NCBI GenBank assembly: GCA_964016885.1
Contig: OZ024744.1
Coordinates: 53,134,001-53,198,000, forward strand
DNA length: 64,000 bases
DNA from: Eledone cirrhosa
Lineage: Eukaryota
Direction: 5' to 3'
Under the pieces are notes generated by a model. It was not told the DNA's origin. It searched no databases and saw only the letters and a list, made by a program, of their open reading frames with translations. The translations under genes and the position numbers were made by a program. Numbering within the stretch: the first letter of the stretch is position 1; each line of letters starts with the position of its first letter. Shown here one piece after another: positions 37,205-50,671 of the stretch.

Positions 37205-38860
37205 GTCACACATCGGTTTCGTTGTCCTGCTCGCATCTTGGACAGGTCCTTTTGGCAGGATCTCTGCCAGGGCGTCCGTGCCTGTAGATTTGTTTCGAAC
37301 TGGTAGAGTTCCTCGGTAGCACTGCACTCGAGGTGCCAAGCATGACACAGGACTGCAGCTGTTAGTGAGACGAGTTGTGGAAGAGCTCGTCTCACAAACG
37401 ACAGCCACACCGGTTTGCCAGTCAGGAATACCTGGCGATGGCGTAGCCTCAGCGCGACTTTGTGCATCATCTGACACGGCATGCCCAGCCCTCCGTTAGA
37501 AGGGTGTTGACAGCAGATGGATATCCTCACCAATGGAGCCTGCTCTTCCAGAGGAACTTGAAGAGTAGGCGTTCCATTTGGTGAGGTATTCGCAGGGACA
37601 AGGCACAACTGTCAAGAGATAGTAGATGCCGGACGCTATGTAAGTGTTCGCCACCTCCGCTCGACCTTTCAAGGAGAGTTTGCACTCAGCCCACTTCTGG
37701 GTGAGTGCAGATACCTACGCCGTGACCTCGTTCCAGTTCTCGTCCACCTGTAGGTCTTGACCAAACCAGACCCCGAGCAATTTCATCGGTCCTTCCGTCC
37801 AGCGTCCAACACTGTCGGAAGGCATGGGTTTGCCTCTCCATGTGCCGAGTTGCAAACCGACAGATTTATTTGGGTTTAGTCTTGCTCCTGTCAACGTTTC
37901 GTATTCCCGTAATAAGATGCCGATTACCCTGATTTCCGAGGTTTTCGACACCAACACGGTGATGTCGTCGGCATAGGCCGACGCTACTCTCCGTAGTCCT
38001 GGTTCGATCGGGATATCCTGCAACAGCTTCAACTTCCGCAGTAACAGCTCGAGAGTCAGTACATACAGAATGGAGGAGAGAGGGCATCCCTGACGGATGG
38101 AACGCATGATTTGTAATGGCTCCGATAGGTAGCCATTCACCTTGACTGCCGAGCGGATGCTGGTGTGCATGGCAGCGATCCAGCCTCTGAAGGAGGAGGC
38201 AAGAGAAGGTTTTTCAGTGGGGTTTTGTGTGTATTGTTGTCTCTGGTCTGTAATGGTAGTGGAGTGGATGTTTGGAGTTTTTATGTTATGTTTATTTGTA
38301 TTATTGTGTTTGGTTTCGGGTGCTGCTGTTGGTGTTTTGGTGTTGGCAGTAGCACCTCTTTTGCTCTTGGTTTCAGAGAGGGCAAATGACCTTTAAGTGT
38401 GTTCTTTTTCCACATTTATAGCACTGAGCACCCCACCCCTCCCCACTAAAAAAACCGGAGATAACATCCTCCTTAAGGGTGATCCTGTCCGGGATTTTCT
38501 CAACTCCCTCTGGCCTCATTTATACCAGAAAATCGATGCAGGTTTCAAACTAGTTATTCCGGTCTGTCATGTCTACAGATAGGAGGGTGTCCTCGCCCTT
38601 CTTCAGGATGCAGCGTAAGATCCACCATATGTATACATCTGCTTGGATTTTTATTTTTTTATTTTGTAGGTTCTTCTTCCCATAGATGTAGGGAAGAAAT
38701 GTGTTGACCCGTTTTTATTGGGTGAACTGAGTGCTTTTGAGCGAGGGTTTTGCTCTTAAAGAGCACAGATATACTCCCATATTGTTTGTATCTCTGGAGG
38801 TATGCCACGTCTGGCATGATGTCTTTCAAAACCGGCCTCAATTGTACTTGTTGGAAGTGT
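37205..38860 (-). mobile_element. Tx1 remnant H (G-like family): ORF1 fragment fused by deletion to mid-RT
   Basis: QYGSISVLFKS (ORF1, as in copy G), RQGCPLS/YADD in 37715..38170, C-terminal fragments. Confidence 0.8.
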
Positions 38861-38926
38861 CAGATAGATATATATATATATATATATATATATAGATAGG
38901 TAGATAGATAGATAGATAGATAGATA

Positions 38927-41900
38927 TATTTCTTTATTTGCCACAAGGGCGCACAAGAAAAGGGGACAATACAAAGACATGCCGGGGATTTTACATACAG
39001 TCGTGTAAAAAATATAAAACAAACAATTACAACAATCGAAATTCCCAATAGGGGGAAGCGCAACAAATGGGTTGTTTAATACCCCGCCGATAGAACAACC
39101 CTCAACTCCAGGAGCGTGTTGTGCAAGTGCTCCTTTCTTCCTTTTGCTCTCTTCTTTAACCTACAGGCTTATAAACAGAGAAGGCCCAATCACTCGGACC
39201 ATTTTTGCCACATTCACCCACCTTTTAGTAAATTTACTGGGGTGCAGTGCCTCTCTCTCCACTCTGATTCTCCTTCTAAAGTGATACTTAAAGAAGGGAA
39301 TCAATTGTTGTCCGGAGAGAAAGGCATCTGTCCTCAGTCCTCTTAATCTCGTCCACCATATAACTTCTTTCACCATAGCCACTGTACAGAGGAAAACCAC
39401 CTCTCGTTTTTTAAAGAGGCTGGCGGTTTAATCCTTACTATGGACTCGGCAGTCAACTGGATTTGTCCCTTAGGCGACAACAGTTGTTCTGCATAGTTCC
39501 ACAGGTCGGTTACGCCCGGGCCGTGTACAATTGCGTGCAGGACGGTTTCAATATCCTGCACGCATCTTGGACACGTCCTTATGGAAGGATCCCTGCCGGT
39601 GCGTCCGTGCCTGTAGATCTTGTCATGAACCGGTAGAGCTCCTCGGAAGAACTGCCAGGCCAAAGACCTCTGGAAGTTGTCCATAGGTCCCGGGCGGAAA
39701 GTCATACCAAACAGACTAGTGAGGCTCATCGTCTTCGACACCCAGAGTCTCTCGGAGCACGTCGTCGCCCTTGTAACGTACAATCCCTCTATAGAATGTC
39801 GAAGTGGAGTCTCTACTGATTGCTGTGCCCGCCTGCCAGAGGACTGTGAGCGCCTGAGCTCATTCAATGTGCAAGCGCCCATCGTTTTCGGTCTTTTCTT
39901 GACCCAGGACTGCAGCTCCGTTAGCGAGACGAGCTGCGGGAAAGCCTGTCTCACAAACGGTGCCCACACCGGTTGGGGGTCGGTGAGGAATACCTGGAGA
40001 TGCCGCAGCCTCAGTGCATGATTTCGCATCATCAGCCACGGCATTCCCAGCCCTCCGTTGGAAGGGTGCTGACAGCAGGCGGATCGCCTCACGAGCGGAG
40101 CCTGCTTCTTCCACAGAATCTGGAAGAGCATGCGTTCCATCTTGGCGAGGTGTTCACGGGGACAAGGCACGACAGTCAAGCGGTAGTAGATGACAGACGC
40201 TATGAAAGTGTTCACCACCTCCGCTCGACCTTTCAAGGACAGTTTGCACTCTGCCCACTTCTGGGTGAGCGCAAATACCTTGGCCGTAACCTCGTGCCAG
40301 TTCTTCTCCACCTGGAGGTCTGGACCGAACCAGATCCCGAGCAATATTACCGGTCCGTCCGTCCAGCGTCCAACGACGCTGTCGGATGTCATCGGTTTGC
40401 CTCTCCACGTACCGAGTTGCAAACCGACAGACTTGTCCGGGTTTAGTTTTGCTCCCGTCAGCGTTTCGTATTCTTTCAGTAAGTTGCTGATCATCCCGAT
40501 TTCCGAGGTGCTCGACACCATTACCGTCACGTCGTCGACATAAGACGACGCCGCTTTGCGAAGTCCCGATTCTAGAGAGATGCCCTGCAACAGCTCCAAT
40601 TTCCGCAGTATTGGCTCTAGAGTCAATACATAGAGAATGGAGGAAAGAAGGCACCCCTGTCGAATGGAACGCGTGATTGCGAACGGCTCCGATAGGCAGC
40701 CGCTCACCTTGCCACTCGAGCAGATGCTGGTGTGCATCGCCTTGATCCAGCCTCTGAAAACGGAACCGAAACCGGCCGCCTTGAGAACAGCTTCCAAGTA
40801 TCGATGGTCGACCCTATAGAATGCCTTATACAGATCCAAATTGATCAGAGCCCCACCGAAGCCGGGTTTACTACCCACCCTCTCTATGATGTATCGCATG
40901 AGGTGGAGGTTGTCGTGTATGGACCTGGTCGGGATTACACACGTTTGCGCTTTCTCTACCAGGTTCTCGACGACAAGCGCCAACATCAACGCTAGCACCT
41001 TGGCCAAAATCTTTAACTCTGTGTTGAGCAGAGTTATGGGCCTGAAGTTGTTAATTTCGTCCCCCTTCTTCTCGTCTTTCTTAATCAGTGTTACTACGCC
41101 CTTGCCTGCAGAACTGGGAATTCTCCCGTTCTGCTGCCAATTGCAGTAGACGGCTTCGAGGACGCAGGAGAACAAGTCCGGCATGCCTATGTAAAACTCA
41201 TACAGTAGACCATCTAGACCGGATGATTTGCGCTTCCCGCAGCGGCCCAGAGCGGTCCGTGATCGGTCTTTCGCAGAACTCGGCGTCCGTGTTCGAGAGA
41301 CGCGGCAGGCCGTCGAGGTATGAACTAAAGTCCATTGCCCCGTTCGGCTCACCGTCGTTCTGCTCAAACAGTAGCGCAAAGTGCTGCTGAAAGGCCGCGC
41401 ACATTTGCTTGTGGTCAAGTAGCACGCGTCCGTTTTGGTCTTTCAAAGAACGAATCATGGACTTGTTGCCACTTTTTGCCTCCGCCACTCGGGCCCAGCT
41501 GGTAGCTTTCGCTCCTTCGTTTCCTAGAGCACGTATTTTGCTTCTGACCATGCATCCTTCGCGTTTCGCATCGAAGAACTGGTCCAGTGCCGTTCTCGAA
41601 GCTAACACACTAGCCGCGTTTCCACTTCTAAGTGCCTCCTCTACCTTGGCTACTATTTCTCTTTCTATTTTCTTTTTCTCTAAGGCTAACTCTCTGCTAA
41701 ACCCTATCGATTCTACTCTAATTTCTTTCTTGAGAGAGTACTACCATCTATTGTTGACGATGGTTCCCGTTAACTGTTGCTTGACTAGTCTACTTACTCG
41801 TTCACTGTCAGCTTTACGTGCCGGCAACGACACGTTCAGCTTCTAGTACCGGGTCCCTGTCTATGTGTTCTGTCACGGTTGACTATGCGGACGACTAGTT

Positions 41901-44696
41901 TGTGATCTGAATAGGCAAGCATGTGCATTCGTGGACAGCTCAACATCTCCTTGTCCCTTTCTCTAATGAAGAACCTATCTAAATACTATATATGTAGATG
42001 TCCCCCTGCGGTTTGCCGACGTCCACTGTGGTGCAGTCGGGAAATCCAGTCGATACCTATCGGCCAGTTGGAATTGGCTGATTAAAGTTTTGAGGCTGTT
42101 GCACCCCCCTCTACTGGGACATGCTCCCACATAGTGCCATCGTGCATCTAGGATACCATTCTAGTCCCCCACTAAAAGTAAGGAGCAAGACGTTCCCAGA
42201 AAAGACTCTAGACGGTTAAAGAAATCTGGCCGTGATTGCGATTGCCCGGTCGGGGCATAAACGGCCACCAGTCTGAAGGCCTCACCTCCAATACTGTTCA
42301 CCTCTAGGACTACGAGTCTACCCTGCGGGTCCAAGTGTACTTGCTGTACTTCGACGTCTAGGTTCTTCCGAAACATGACAGCCACTCCCCTTCCACCTCC
42401 TGGCTGACAGAGAGATGCGTAGATCTCAAAGTCGTCGAAGATGGGGGTTAGTTGCTGCCTTTGTGGGTCCTGGACTTGGTGATGGCTATCACATCCATAC
42501 CGTGTGACCTAAGTTCGTTTAAAAGTTGGCCCTGTTTCCAGAGCATCCCTAGGCCACGCACATTCACGCTTCCAACTCTTAAACTAGCCATGTTGGTGAA
42601 GAAGATTTGGCGAAAAGGACGAAAAGGAGCACTTACCTTTTCGTTTCCTGGAGATCGGGTTATTCAATCTCCATTTCAGTTCTGGTGGGAGTGTTGGGTG
42701 GGGTGGGGTAACATTTTAATAAGATCGGTTAATAGGTTTTTGACAGGGGTTGCCAACATCCTGCGAAAACTGTTCTTTCAATTTCTGATAGGTTTCAATC
42801 GAAACCCTTATTAGTTTTAGGTGTGGAGACGTATCTGCTTTGACGAAAGTTTTGCCCTCCGTCTCCACCTTGGGGTTTTGGGAGATGACCTCCATCGAAT
42901 TCTTGTTGTTTTTGTTGATGTATGCGTATAGTTTGTGTTTTTGTTGTGTTGTTTTAGTTTGTTGTTCGTCCGGGAGTTTTCTTTTTATGGTGGGTGCTTG
43001 TGTTTGGGGTGGTATTGGTGTTGGGTTTGCTGGTAGGGTGTTGTTTGTGTTGTTGTTTGTGTCTGTGGTTGTGTGTTGGTGTTGGTGATTGGAGTTTTGG
43101 GGCTTTCGTGGTGTCTCTTTTTTTGTTTTTAGATTTCCGAGGCTCTTCTTCTTCACTTAAAGAAGAAGCAGCCTCATCTGAATGAATAATCATCGTCAGG
43201 AGTGTGGAGTAGGGATTTGTTGTGTGGTGGTGGTGTTTCGGTGTGTGTGTGTTTGTGGTAGTGTTTGGTGAAATGGGATGGGTGAGGCTGTGTTCTTCAG
43301 GGGTGTTGTCTGTGTTTTTTCTGTTGTTGTTGGTTGAGTGGCTGTGTGTTTTGGTGTGTTTGCTCGTTTCGTCTGTTGTTGTACTTGTGGTCGTGGTTTT
43401 TTGGGTGTTGGTAATAGTGTTGTTGGGGTGTGTTTGTGAAGGACAGGAGGCCTTTAGGTGTGCTCTGCTACCACAGCGAAAGCAATGAAGTTTACGCCCC
43501 ACCACCGAAATCTTTATTTTGTTGTTGTCGTCGATGACTTTTTCGGGCATTTTGGAGACTCTCTCCGGCCTCATTTGCATCAGAATCTCCAAATCAGTAC
43601 CCTCCCACCTTTGTCTAATAGACTTTCGTATTGAAAGAATAGCATCAGTCTCTGGCTCCACGAAGCCGGCCAAGATCCACCAGTTGTTAATGTTTGGTGG
43701 TATATATTTTTTTTTTTTTTTTGTGTCCTTTTTCCCATGTACGTAGGGAAAAGGTGAATGCGTTTGACACCCATTGGTATCACATAATGTTTTGGGGCGA
43801 GTGCCTCGCTTTTAAACAGTACGGAAATACTTCCGTACTGTTTTCCTCGTTGAAGAAAGTCAATATTTGCTAGAGTCTCCTTCAAGTTGGCTTCTATGTC
43901 TCCTTGACTCACAAATATTGGCTTTCTCGTATTTTTTTAGACAGTCCTGAAGGTCACTGTCTTTCGAAATGTCTCTTCTTTTATTTCGATGGGTAAGTTG
44001 ATTCTAAACCTACCCTTGCCTTCGAAAGTTACAGATTTCCTCCCTTGCTGGAGCATATCTCTTGCATTGGAGATGTCAAGATTTATAAAATCTTGTTTTT
44101 TTGTTCACTGTTTCAGCGAAAGACATTTTTTTTGTGGTGTTGCTGTTGTTGTTGGTGTTATCGTTGTTAGCCTCGGTGTTGGAAATCGCAATTTCTTGAC
44201 GAGGTGAAATTTTATCTGTAGATGTATATATGGAGTTGTTGTTATTGGCTGTTTCATGTGTATGTATATTAATAGATTTAATTCCTGTTTTCCTGTGTAT
44301 GTTATTATTTTTCTCCGCTTCGACGGTAGAAATTTTAAAATGTTCAAGTGGCAATCTTATTTTTTCTTTGTTGACAGTCGTATCCATGACGACGTCCATA
44401 GTGGCAGAAGCAGATATGACGTTAATATCTGCCTCTCTACCTCTCTTCTCTCTGTTAACGTTCTCCGGCATTCTTTTCGAGTTATTCATGTTTTATAGTC
44501 GGCAAAATTTGATATTTTTAAACAATTCTTAAATTAAACTTTCGCCCCTAAAGGGGCGAAAAGTGGGATTACCACCCAGCTGACAATTCAGCTTGGGGGC
44601 TAATCTACAAAATGATATGTTTTTTCAAAAAATTAATTCAGTTTTTTGTATAGAAATTTACAAAAAAGCTTACCAGCGATGTTCCACGCGTCAGGC
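38927..44696 (-). mobile_element. Tx1 copy G, full-length diverged family embedded in (GATA)n
   Basis: ORF1 from 44489 (CFRCGSRAHLKASC), ORF2 ATG 42591 to 39161 (APE, RT, CPRC). (GATA)n lies at 38893-38926 and 44697-44870. Confidence 0.92.
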
Positions 44697-44880
<184 letters not shown>

Positions 44881-45339
44881 CACAAACGGACATATAGACG
44901 GATGAATGGGTGGTTGCTTAGATGGACGGATGGATGAAAATGGTGGATGGATGGTAAGATAGATAGTTGCCTATATACACCCCTCCCTAGAAAATGAGTA
45001 GGTAAAGTACATTTGTAGACATATTTCATGAGAACTACTCTGAAATAAATAATTGGAGAAGTCTTTTCAGAAGAATGGTTTTATGTGATTCCCAGTTGAC
45101 CTGCCTTTCACACCATATTATAGTGGCACCGATAGGATTGGGGAAAGTTGATGAAGACAGAAAGGAAGCAGAATTACTTGCATAAGATGATGACGGTAAA
45201 CAGAACAAACAACACGAGGAGGTGAAAGATTGGGGAGGGGGTAGGAGTAGGAAGCGAAAGAAGAGGTGGGATGAATGGCGGAGGCGAAGAGGAGGTAATA
45301 TAAGGAGAGAAAGAAGAAGAACCTAGGTGATGGAGGAGA

Positions 45340-45390
45340 AGGAGAAGAAGAAGAAGAAGAAGAAGAAGAAGAAGAAGAAGAAGAAGAAGA
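45340..45390. repeat. (GAA)n microsatellite
   Basis: Seen directly. Confidence 0.9.
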
Positions 45391-46704
45391 GTTTGTGATA
45401 TTAACCCTATAATTTTACTCGGGAGAACAATGAGGAAAATTATTTTTTTAAACAAGAATAAATAAAATGAGTCCCACCATATTTTTGTGATATTACCCGC
45501 TTTATTTGATTGTATTTGTGTTTGGGGGTCTTTTTTCTTGCTCTTTGTTTAGTTTTATTTTATTTTATTTTTTATATATTCCACTTATCCATTCATTTAT
45601 TTATTGTATGATTCCTATAATTGAAATGATGCTCAGCCTTTTTACAAATTATTATAGGAAATTATATTTGAAAAGGGAAATAAACATCGTCATACAGAAT
45701 CAAAGTATTATGATGCGTATGTGATGTAGCCTAGCATATATCTATGTGTGATTTATGATGTATGATGCGTAATGTGTGAGCCGTTGGACATAATGTTAAA
45801 AATATGTTTAAAAAGAAGGAAACAACAGCTACAAAACAAACCACTAGCAGAGAATTTTTTTTAGGAAGTTTTGAGGCTGCTGTTGGTTGTTACGATGTTA
45901 CTTAAACAGAAAAAGTGTAATTGACGACGTTGATGAAGTACGGAATTGAAATATCGTGTCGTGCCTTTTTTTATGGAATAAGAATTTGAAGGAGCTTACG
46001 ATCAGTGTGAACAATCAGTTTTGTGGGTTTCCAGAGAAAGAGATTGTCTCATGTCGTGAAACGCTGATGTCAAGTTGTCTAAAGAAAGTTGACTGTGACA
46101 AGATGGTGGAACATGATGGCCAGCGATTTCTACTTGACTTTCACACAGAAAAAAAAATATCTCAGTAAACTAACAAATAATTATTGGCCAACGCAAAAAG
46201 AAAAAAAAAAAGAAAAAACAGGTAAACAAAAACCAGAGCAGATGACAAAACTGTTCACTTACTGACTACTACTAAGTTTTATAAGGGAACGGACAATCTT
46301 ACGACCTCCTCCCTCAATAAAAATATAATATTAAATAAATAAAACCTTGCTAGAGGTAGTGAGAGAACAAAAATTACTTTAACAGTGTAAACTCAACACA
46401 CAAAAGGTTTCAGTGCTTTGGAAAGAATTGTAAATAATATAAATTTCTATTGTTTGTTTCAATAAAGATTTGGCATTTGAGAGTCTCGAGAAAGTTTTCA
46501 ATAAGTGCAATCTGCAGTGATGCGAAAATATGTTTCTCAACACGGCTATGAAACATAATTCCTCACAACATTAGCTGTTAATGTGAAAATGCGAGAAAGT
46601 ATGTTATAGAATTTTATCAAACGTACACCATTAGAGTTTCTGATACAAGCGAGAGAATATCTACCTGGTCACTCTGCTCGGTCGCTCTACCTGGTCACTT
46701 TAAG

Positions 46705-47280
46705 TAGATGGATATGTCGAGGGGTGGATGTTTGGATTGAAGGATGCTTGGATGGATGCATGGATCAATAGATGGATGGTTGGATAGTTAGGTGGGTGGA
46801 TGGTTAATTGGATGGTTGGATAGTTAGGTGGGTGGATGGATAAAGGTATAGATGGATGGATGACTGTAGAGACAGATTGATCAATGGATGAATGGATGAC
46901 TGTATGGTTAGATAGATGGATGGATGGACGGATAGATACGTGAATTAAGGTTGGATATATGGAGAGATGGATTGGTGGATAGATAGGTATAAATAGAGAT
47001 GGATAAATGAATAAGTGGATGGATAGTTGAATGAGTTGATGGGTGGGGGATGGAGAAAAGGGTCGATAAATGTTAGATAGATAGCTAGATAGCTAGATGA
47101 ATAGATTAATAAATAGATAGCTAGTTGGATGGATGAAAAGATAGAGGAATCGAAGTGAGTGTAGTAGGTGGGTAATGTTATGATTGGTTCCGTGGTTGGG
47201 GGATTAGGTAAATGGTTGATAGGTGGATCGATTGATTGATACATAGATCGATGGATGCAAAGATAGATGAATGGATATAT
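46705..47280. repeat. Degenerate (GGAT)/(GATA) tract
   Basis: Seen directly. Confidence 0.8.
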
Positions 47281-48299
47281 TGTTGAAATTACGAGAAAAA
47301 ATGGTTGAAATGTTGTCAAATATACACCGTTTTATTTGTTTATACCAACAAGAGAGCCTCTATATAGTCGCTTTACACACTGGACAAAGTAGCCAAATCT
47401 CACACAAATAACACAATATTGTATATTTAGATACAATGTGTCCGAATGGCATTCAATCCTCTTCAGGGCTTAACTGCGGCTTACTAGCAACAGCAACACC
47501 ATATCCTTTTACAGTACACGTTGTCAAATATCTGACTAAGGGGATAATTGATTAGGATTTTGTTAATTGTTGTAGAGGTCTCAGGTTTGGTCCAACTTTG
47601 GGGGATTTTTAGCAAGCTTCATTTAATTTAGCCCTGATCGACCAAAGCCTTGTGAGTGAAATTGTGTAGACGGAAACTGTTTGGAAGCCATTCTGAAGTA
47701 TTGTACTTGTAATTCAAACGACCAATCTTGTCACACATTTTGCCAAACAGAATCTTACTGAGAATTAGGTTGAGTGTACACATGTCTATGAAATTCTCAA
47801 TCAATTGCATGTTAATGGTTAATTGAAATAGAACAGGGCTCTTGGCGAACGAATAAGCAGCTCCAGATTAACAACGGTAAACTACTAGAAGAGATGGAAC
47901 AATGGATTACACTGTTACCTCTCCAAAATCTCTCATTTTGAAAAACATTTCGAAAAACATATTGTAGTTTCCAACCAACGCAGCAGAATTGGCGATGGGA
48001 TGGAAGAACAAGGGCAGGCTGCGTATCCTTATATCCCAGAGAGTTTTGAAGAGATCAAACCTTGAAAATTGGTAACTAGAACGTTATAACCCTTACTAGA
48101 AAGGAGCAGGAAATAGTTTAGGAGGGCAGATAATTCCGGCTAGATATAGTCAGGTATCCATCAGCAAAGATCCGTGGATCTGGCTCTGTAGATTTGGATG
48201 ATGGCTGGCAATCCACTATTTAGGTGCGGTGACAGAAATGACTGCACCGGCGAAAGTGGAGATGCTCACAAACCTCGGATCTCAGAATGTTTATGGACT

Positions 48300-48720
48300 G
48301 TCTCCTATTGGGAGAGAGGTTTTGTCTCTTGAAACTTAGGCTGATAGAAAGGTCTCTGTGAGTGATGCCATTTTATGCACGAAACAGAGAGTCCGAATAC
48401 TGATTCCGGTAACGTTAGATGTAGTCATATATTCCAATAGGAGACTTCAACGCACATGTTGGCACTGACCATCTGACATAGTAGTGACTGGAAGGAATGG
48501 AGATCCCGAACTAAATACGTATTAAGAGGCCTTCTGTTTTAATAATGGGCTCTCTATTATGAAAACCTTCTTCCAGTGCAAAGACATCCATACACACAGC
48601 AGAAGTGCAGCCTCGCGATGTGTAGAGAAAGATTAGTGTCTGCAGTTCTGCTGCAGTTCTGTTTACATGCCAACACAAGAAGAAGAATGACAGAGTCATT
48701 CTACTGATATGGCCTTAAAG
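48300..48720 (+). pseudogene. Decayed APE endonuclease fragment, probably RTE-clade LINE
   Basis: ggagacttcaacgcacatgttggc = GDFNAHVG at about 48440, followed by GRNG..LN and TFF motifs with stops. Confidence 0.6.
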
Positions 48721-49170
48721 AGGCAAACGAATCGAATAACTATTAATATTCGAAAGACTCAGATTATATATATATATATATATATATATACAAACAAACA
48801 TATATAAACATACATACACGCAACCACAAACACACACTTTCACACACACGCAGATACACAATCACAAACTCACTTTCTTATTCTCAGCCTTTTCTATATT
48901 TTCCTCTCTCACTCTCACACACATGCGCATTTACACACACACACACATACATACAAGCACAAACACACACACACACACAGACACACACATACACACACAC
49001 ACTCCTCTTCAATATTCCAGTCCTTTACACCACACTAAACCTCTCCTCCCACCACCACAATTACATTCTCACATTTCAATCACAAATCTTTTCAAATATT
49101 TTTACCAGAACCTGATGCCGTTTCACTTTAATTTCCTCCACCATTTCAAACAATACTTATATTATAGAAC

Positions 49171-49625
49171 AGTAGCAGAAAAACCACTGGTTTTTCTGCG
49201 AGCATGTGTAGTGTGTATATTGATATTATACGCAAATATATATGCATGTAGATATGATACATCAAATAAAATCGTAATTGCCAATATGCACAGACATTGA
49301 AGATAGACTGTCTTACACTGTCTTCTGTAATCAGTAAAGTAATCCATGATACATTTAAAAAAGACGATATTATATATAACCTGCATTACGGTGAAATGTT
49401 ATGAGAACGAAAAAGGAGAAAATTAGCGACAGAAATATATACGCTATGATATAACGATGCAAATATATGAACGTTTATATAAGCGACTAATATAGCAAAC
49501 GTTATATCATAACCGGAAGTATTGACATTTGAAAATGTTAAAAGAAGTGAATCTTAAAATAAGCAATAACATTATTTATGTTTAATCAACTGTTACGTAA
49601 TATTCGTTCATTATTTATTCAAAGT
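49171..49625. mobile_element. Half copy (central hairpin + one arm) of the fold-back element at 50672-51802
   Basis: Collinear similarity with 51346-51727. Central hairpin GCAGAAAAACC-act-GGTTTTTCTGC. Confidence 0.75.
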
Positions 49626-49628
49626 AGG

Positions 49629-49772
49629 ACGGTGGATTGACAGTATCGGTAGAGGGTCGGACGCCATGCTTTGCCGCATAGAGTTATGGCCTTTTATGAT
49701 GTGAGTTCAAATCTCACCGAGCTTAACTTTGTCTTTCATCCTTACGGGGTCGATAAAATAAAGAACCAGTAA
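49629..49772 (+). mobile_element. tRNA-derived SINE (3' end replaced by the minisatellite)
   Basis: A/B-box-like motifs; homology with 7157-7343. Confidence 0.85.
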
Positions 49773-49775
49773 TAC

Positions 49776-50610
49776 AATAGCTGCAACAAAACAGTAGCTG
49801 CAACAACAACAGTAGCAACAACAACAATAGCTGCAACAACAACAGTAGCAACAACAACAGTAGCTGCAACAACAATAGCAACAACAACAACAATAGCAAC
49901 AACAACAGTAGCTGCAACAACAACAGTAGCAACAACATCAGTAACTGCAACAACAACAACAACAGTAGCAACAACAACAATAGCAACAACAACAACAATA
50001 GCAACAACAACAGTAGCTGCAACAACAACAGTAGCAACAACAACAGTAGCTGCAACAACAACAGTAGCAACAACAACAGTAGCAACAACAACAGTAGCAA
50101 CAAGAACAATAGCAACAACAACAACAATAGCAACAACAACAATAGCTGCAACAACAACAATAGCAACAACAACAACAATAGCAACAACACCAATAGCTGC
50201 AACAACAACAATAGCAACAACAACAGTAGCAACAACAACAGTAGCTGCAACAACAACAATAGCAACAACAACAGTAGCAACAACAACAATAGCAACAACA
50301 ATAGTAGCAACAACAACAGTAGCAACAACAACAATAGCAACAACAACAGTAAAAGTAACAACAGTAGCAATAACAGCAACAACAACAATAGATGCGACAA
50401 CAACAATAGCAATAGCAACAACAACAGCAATAACAGCAACAAGAACAACAGTAGCAACAACAACAGTAGCAGCAGCAACAGTAGAAATAACAGCAACAAT
50501 AACAATAGCTGCAACAACAACAGTAACAACAGCAGCAATAAAAATAACAACAATAGCTGCAACAACAACAGTAGCAGTCGCAACAGCAGCAATAAAAGCA
50601 ACAACAAACA
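49776..50610. repeat. Compound (CAA)n-TAG(CTG) mini/microsatellite, ~830 bp
   Basis: Units such as gcaacaacaacagtagct. Confidence 0.95.
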
Positions 50611-50671
50611 ATAAAGAATATAACTGTTATATTATTGTGCTCGTGATAGCCATTATTATTATCGTTATCTT

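Noticed and set aside
45900-46170. Possible exon or transposase fragment (ORF 45956..46168)
   Set aside because: No recognisable motif; cannot be supported.
49723-50611. Long poly-Leu and Val/Ala-rich ORFs
   Set aside because: Translation of a stop-free triplet-based satellite; no coding signal.
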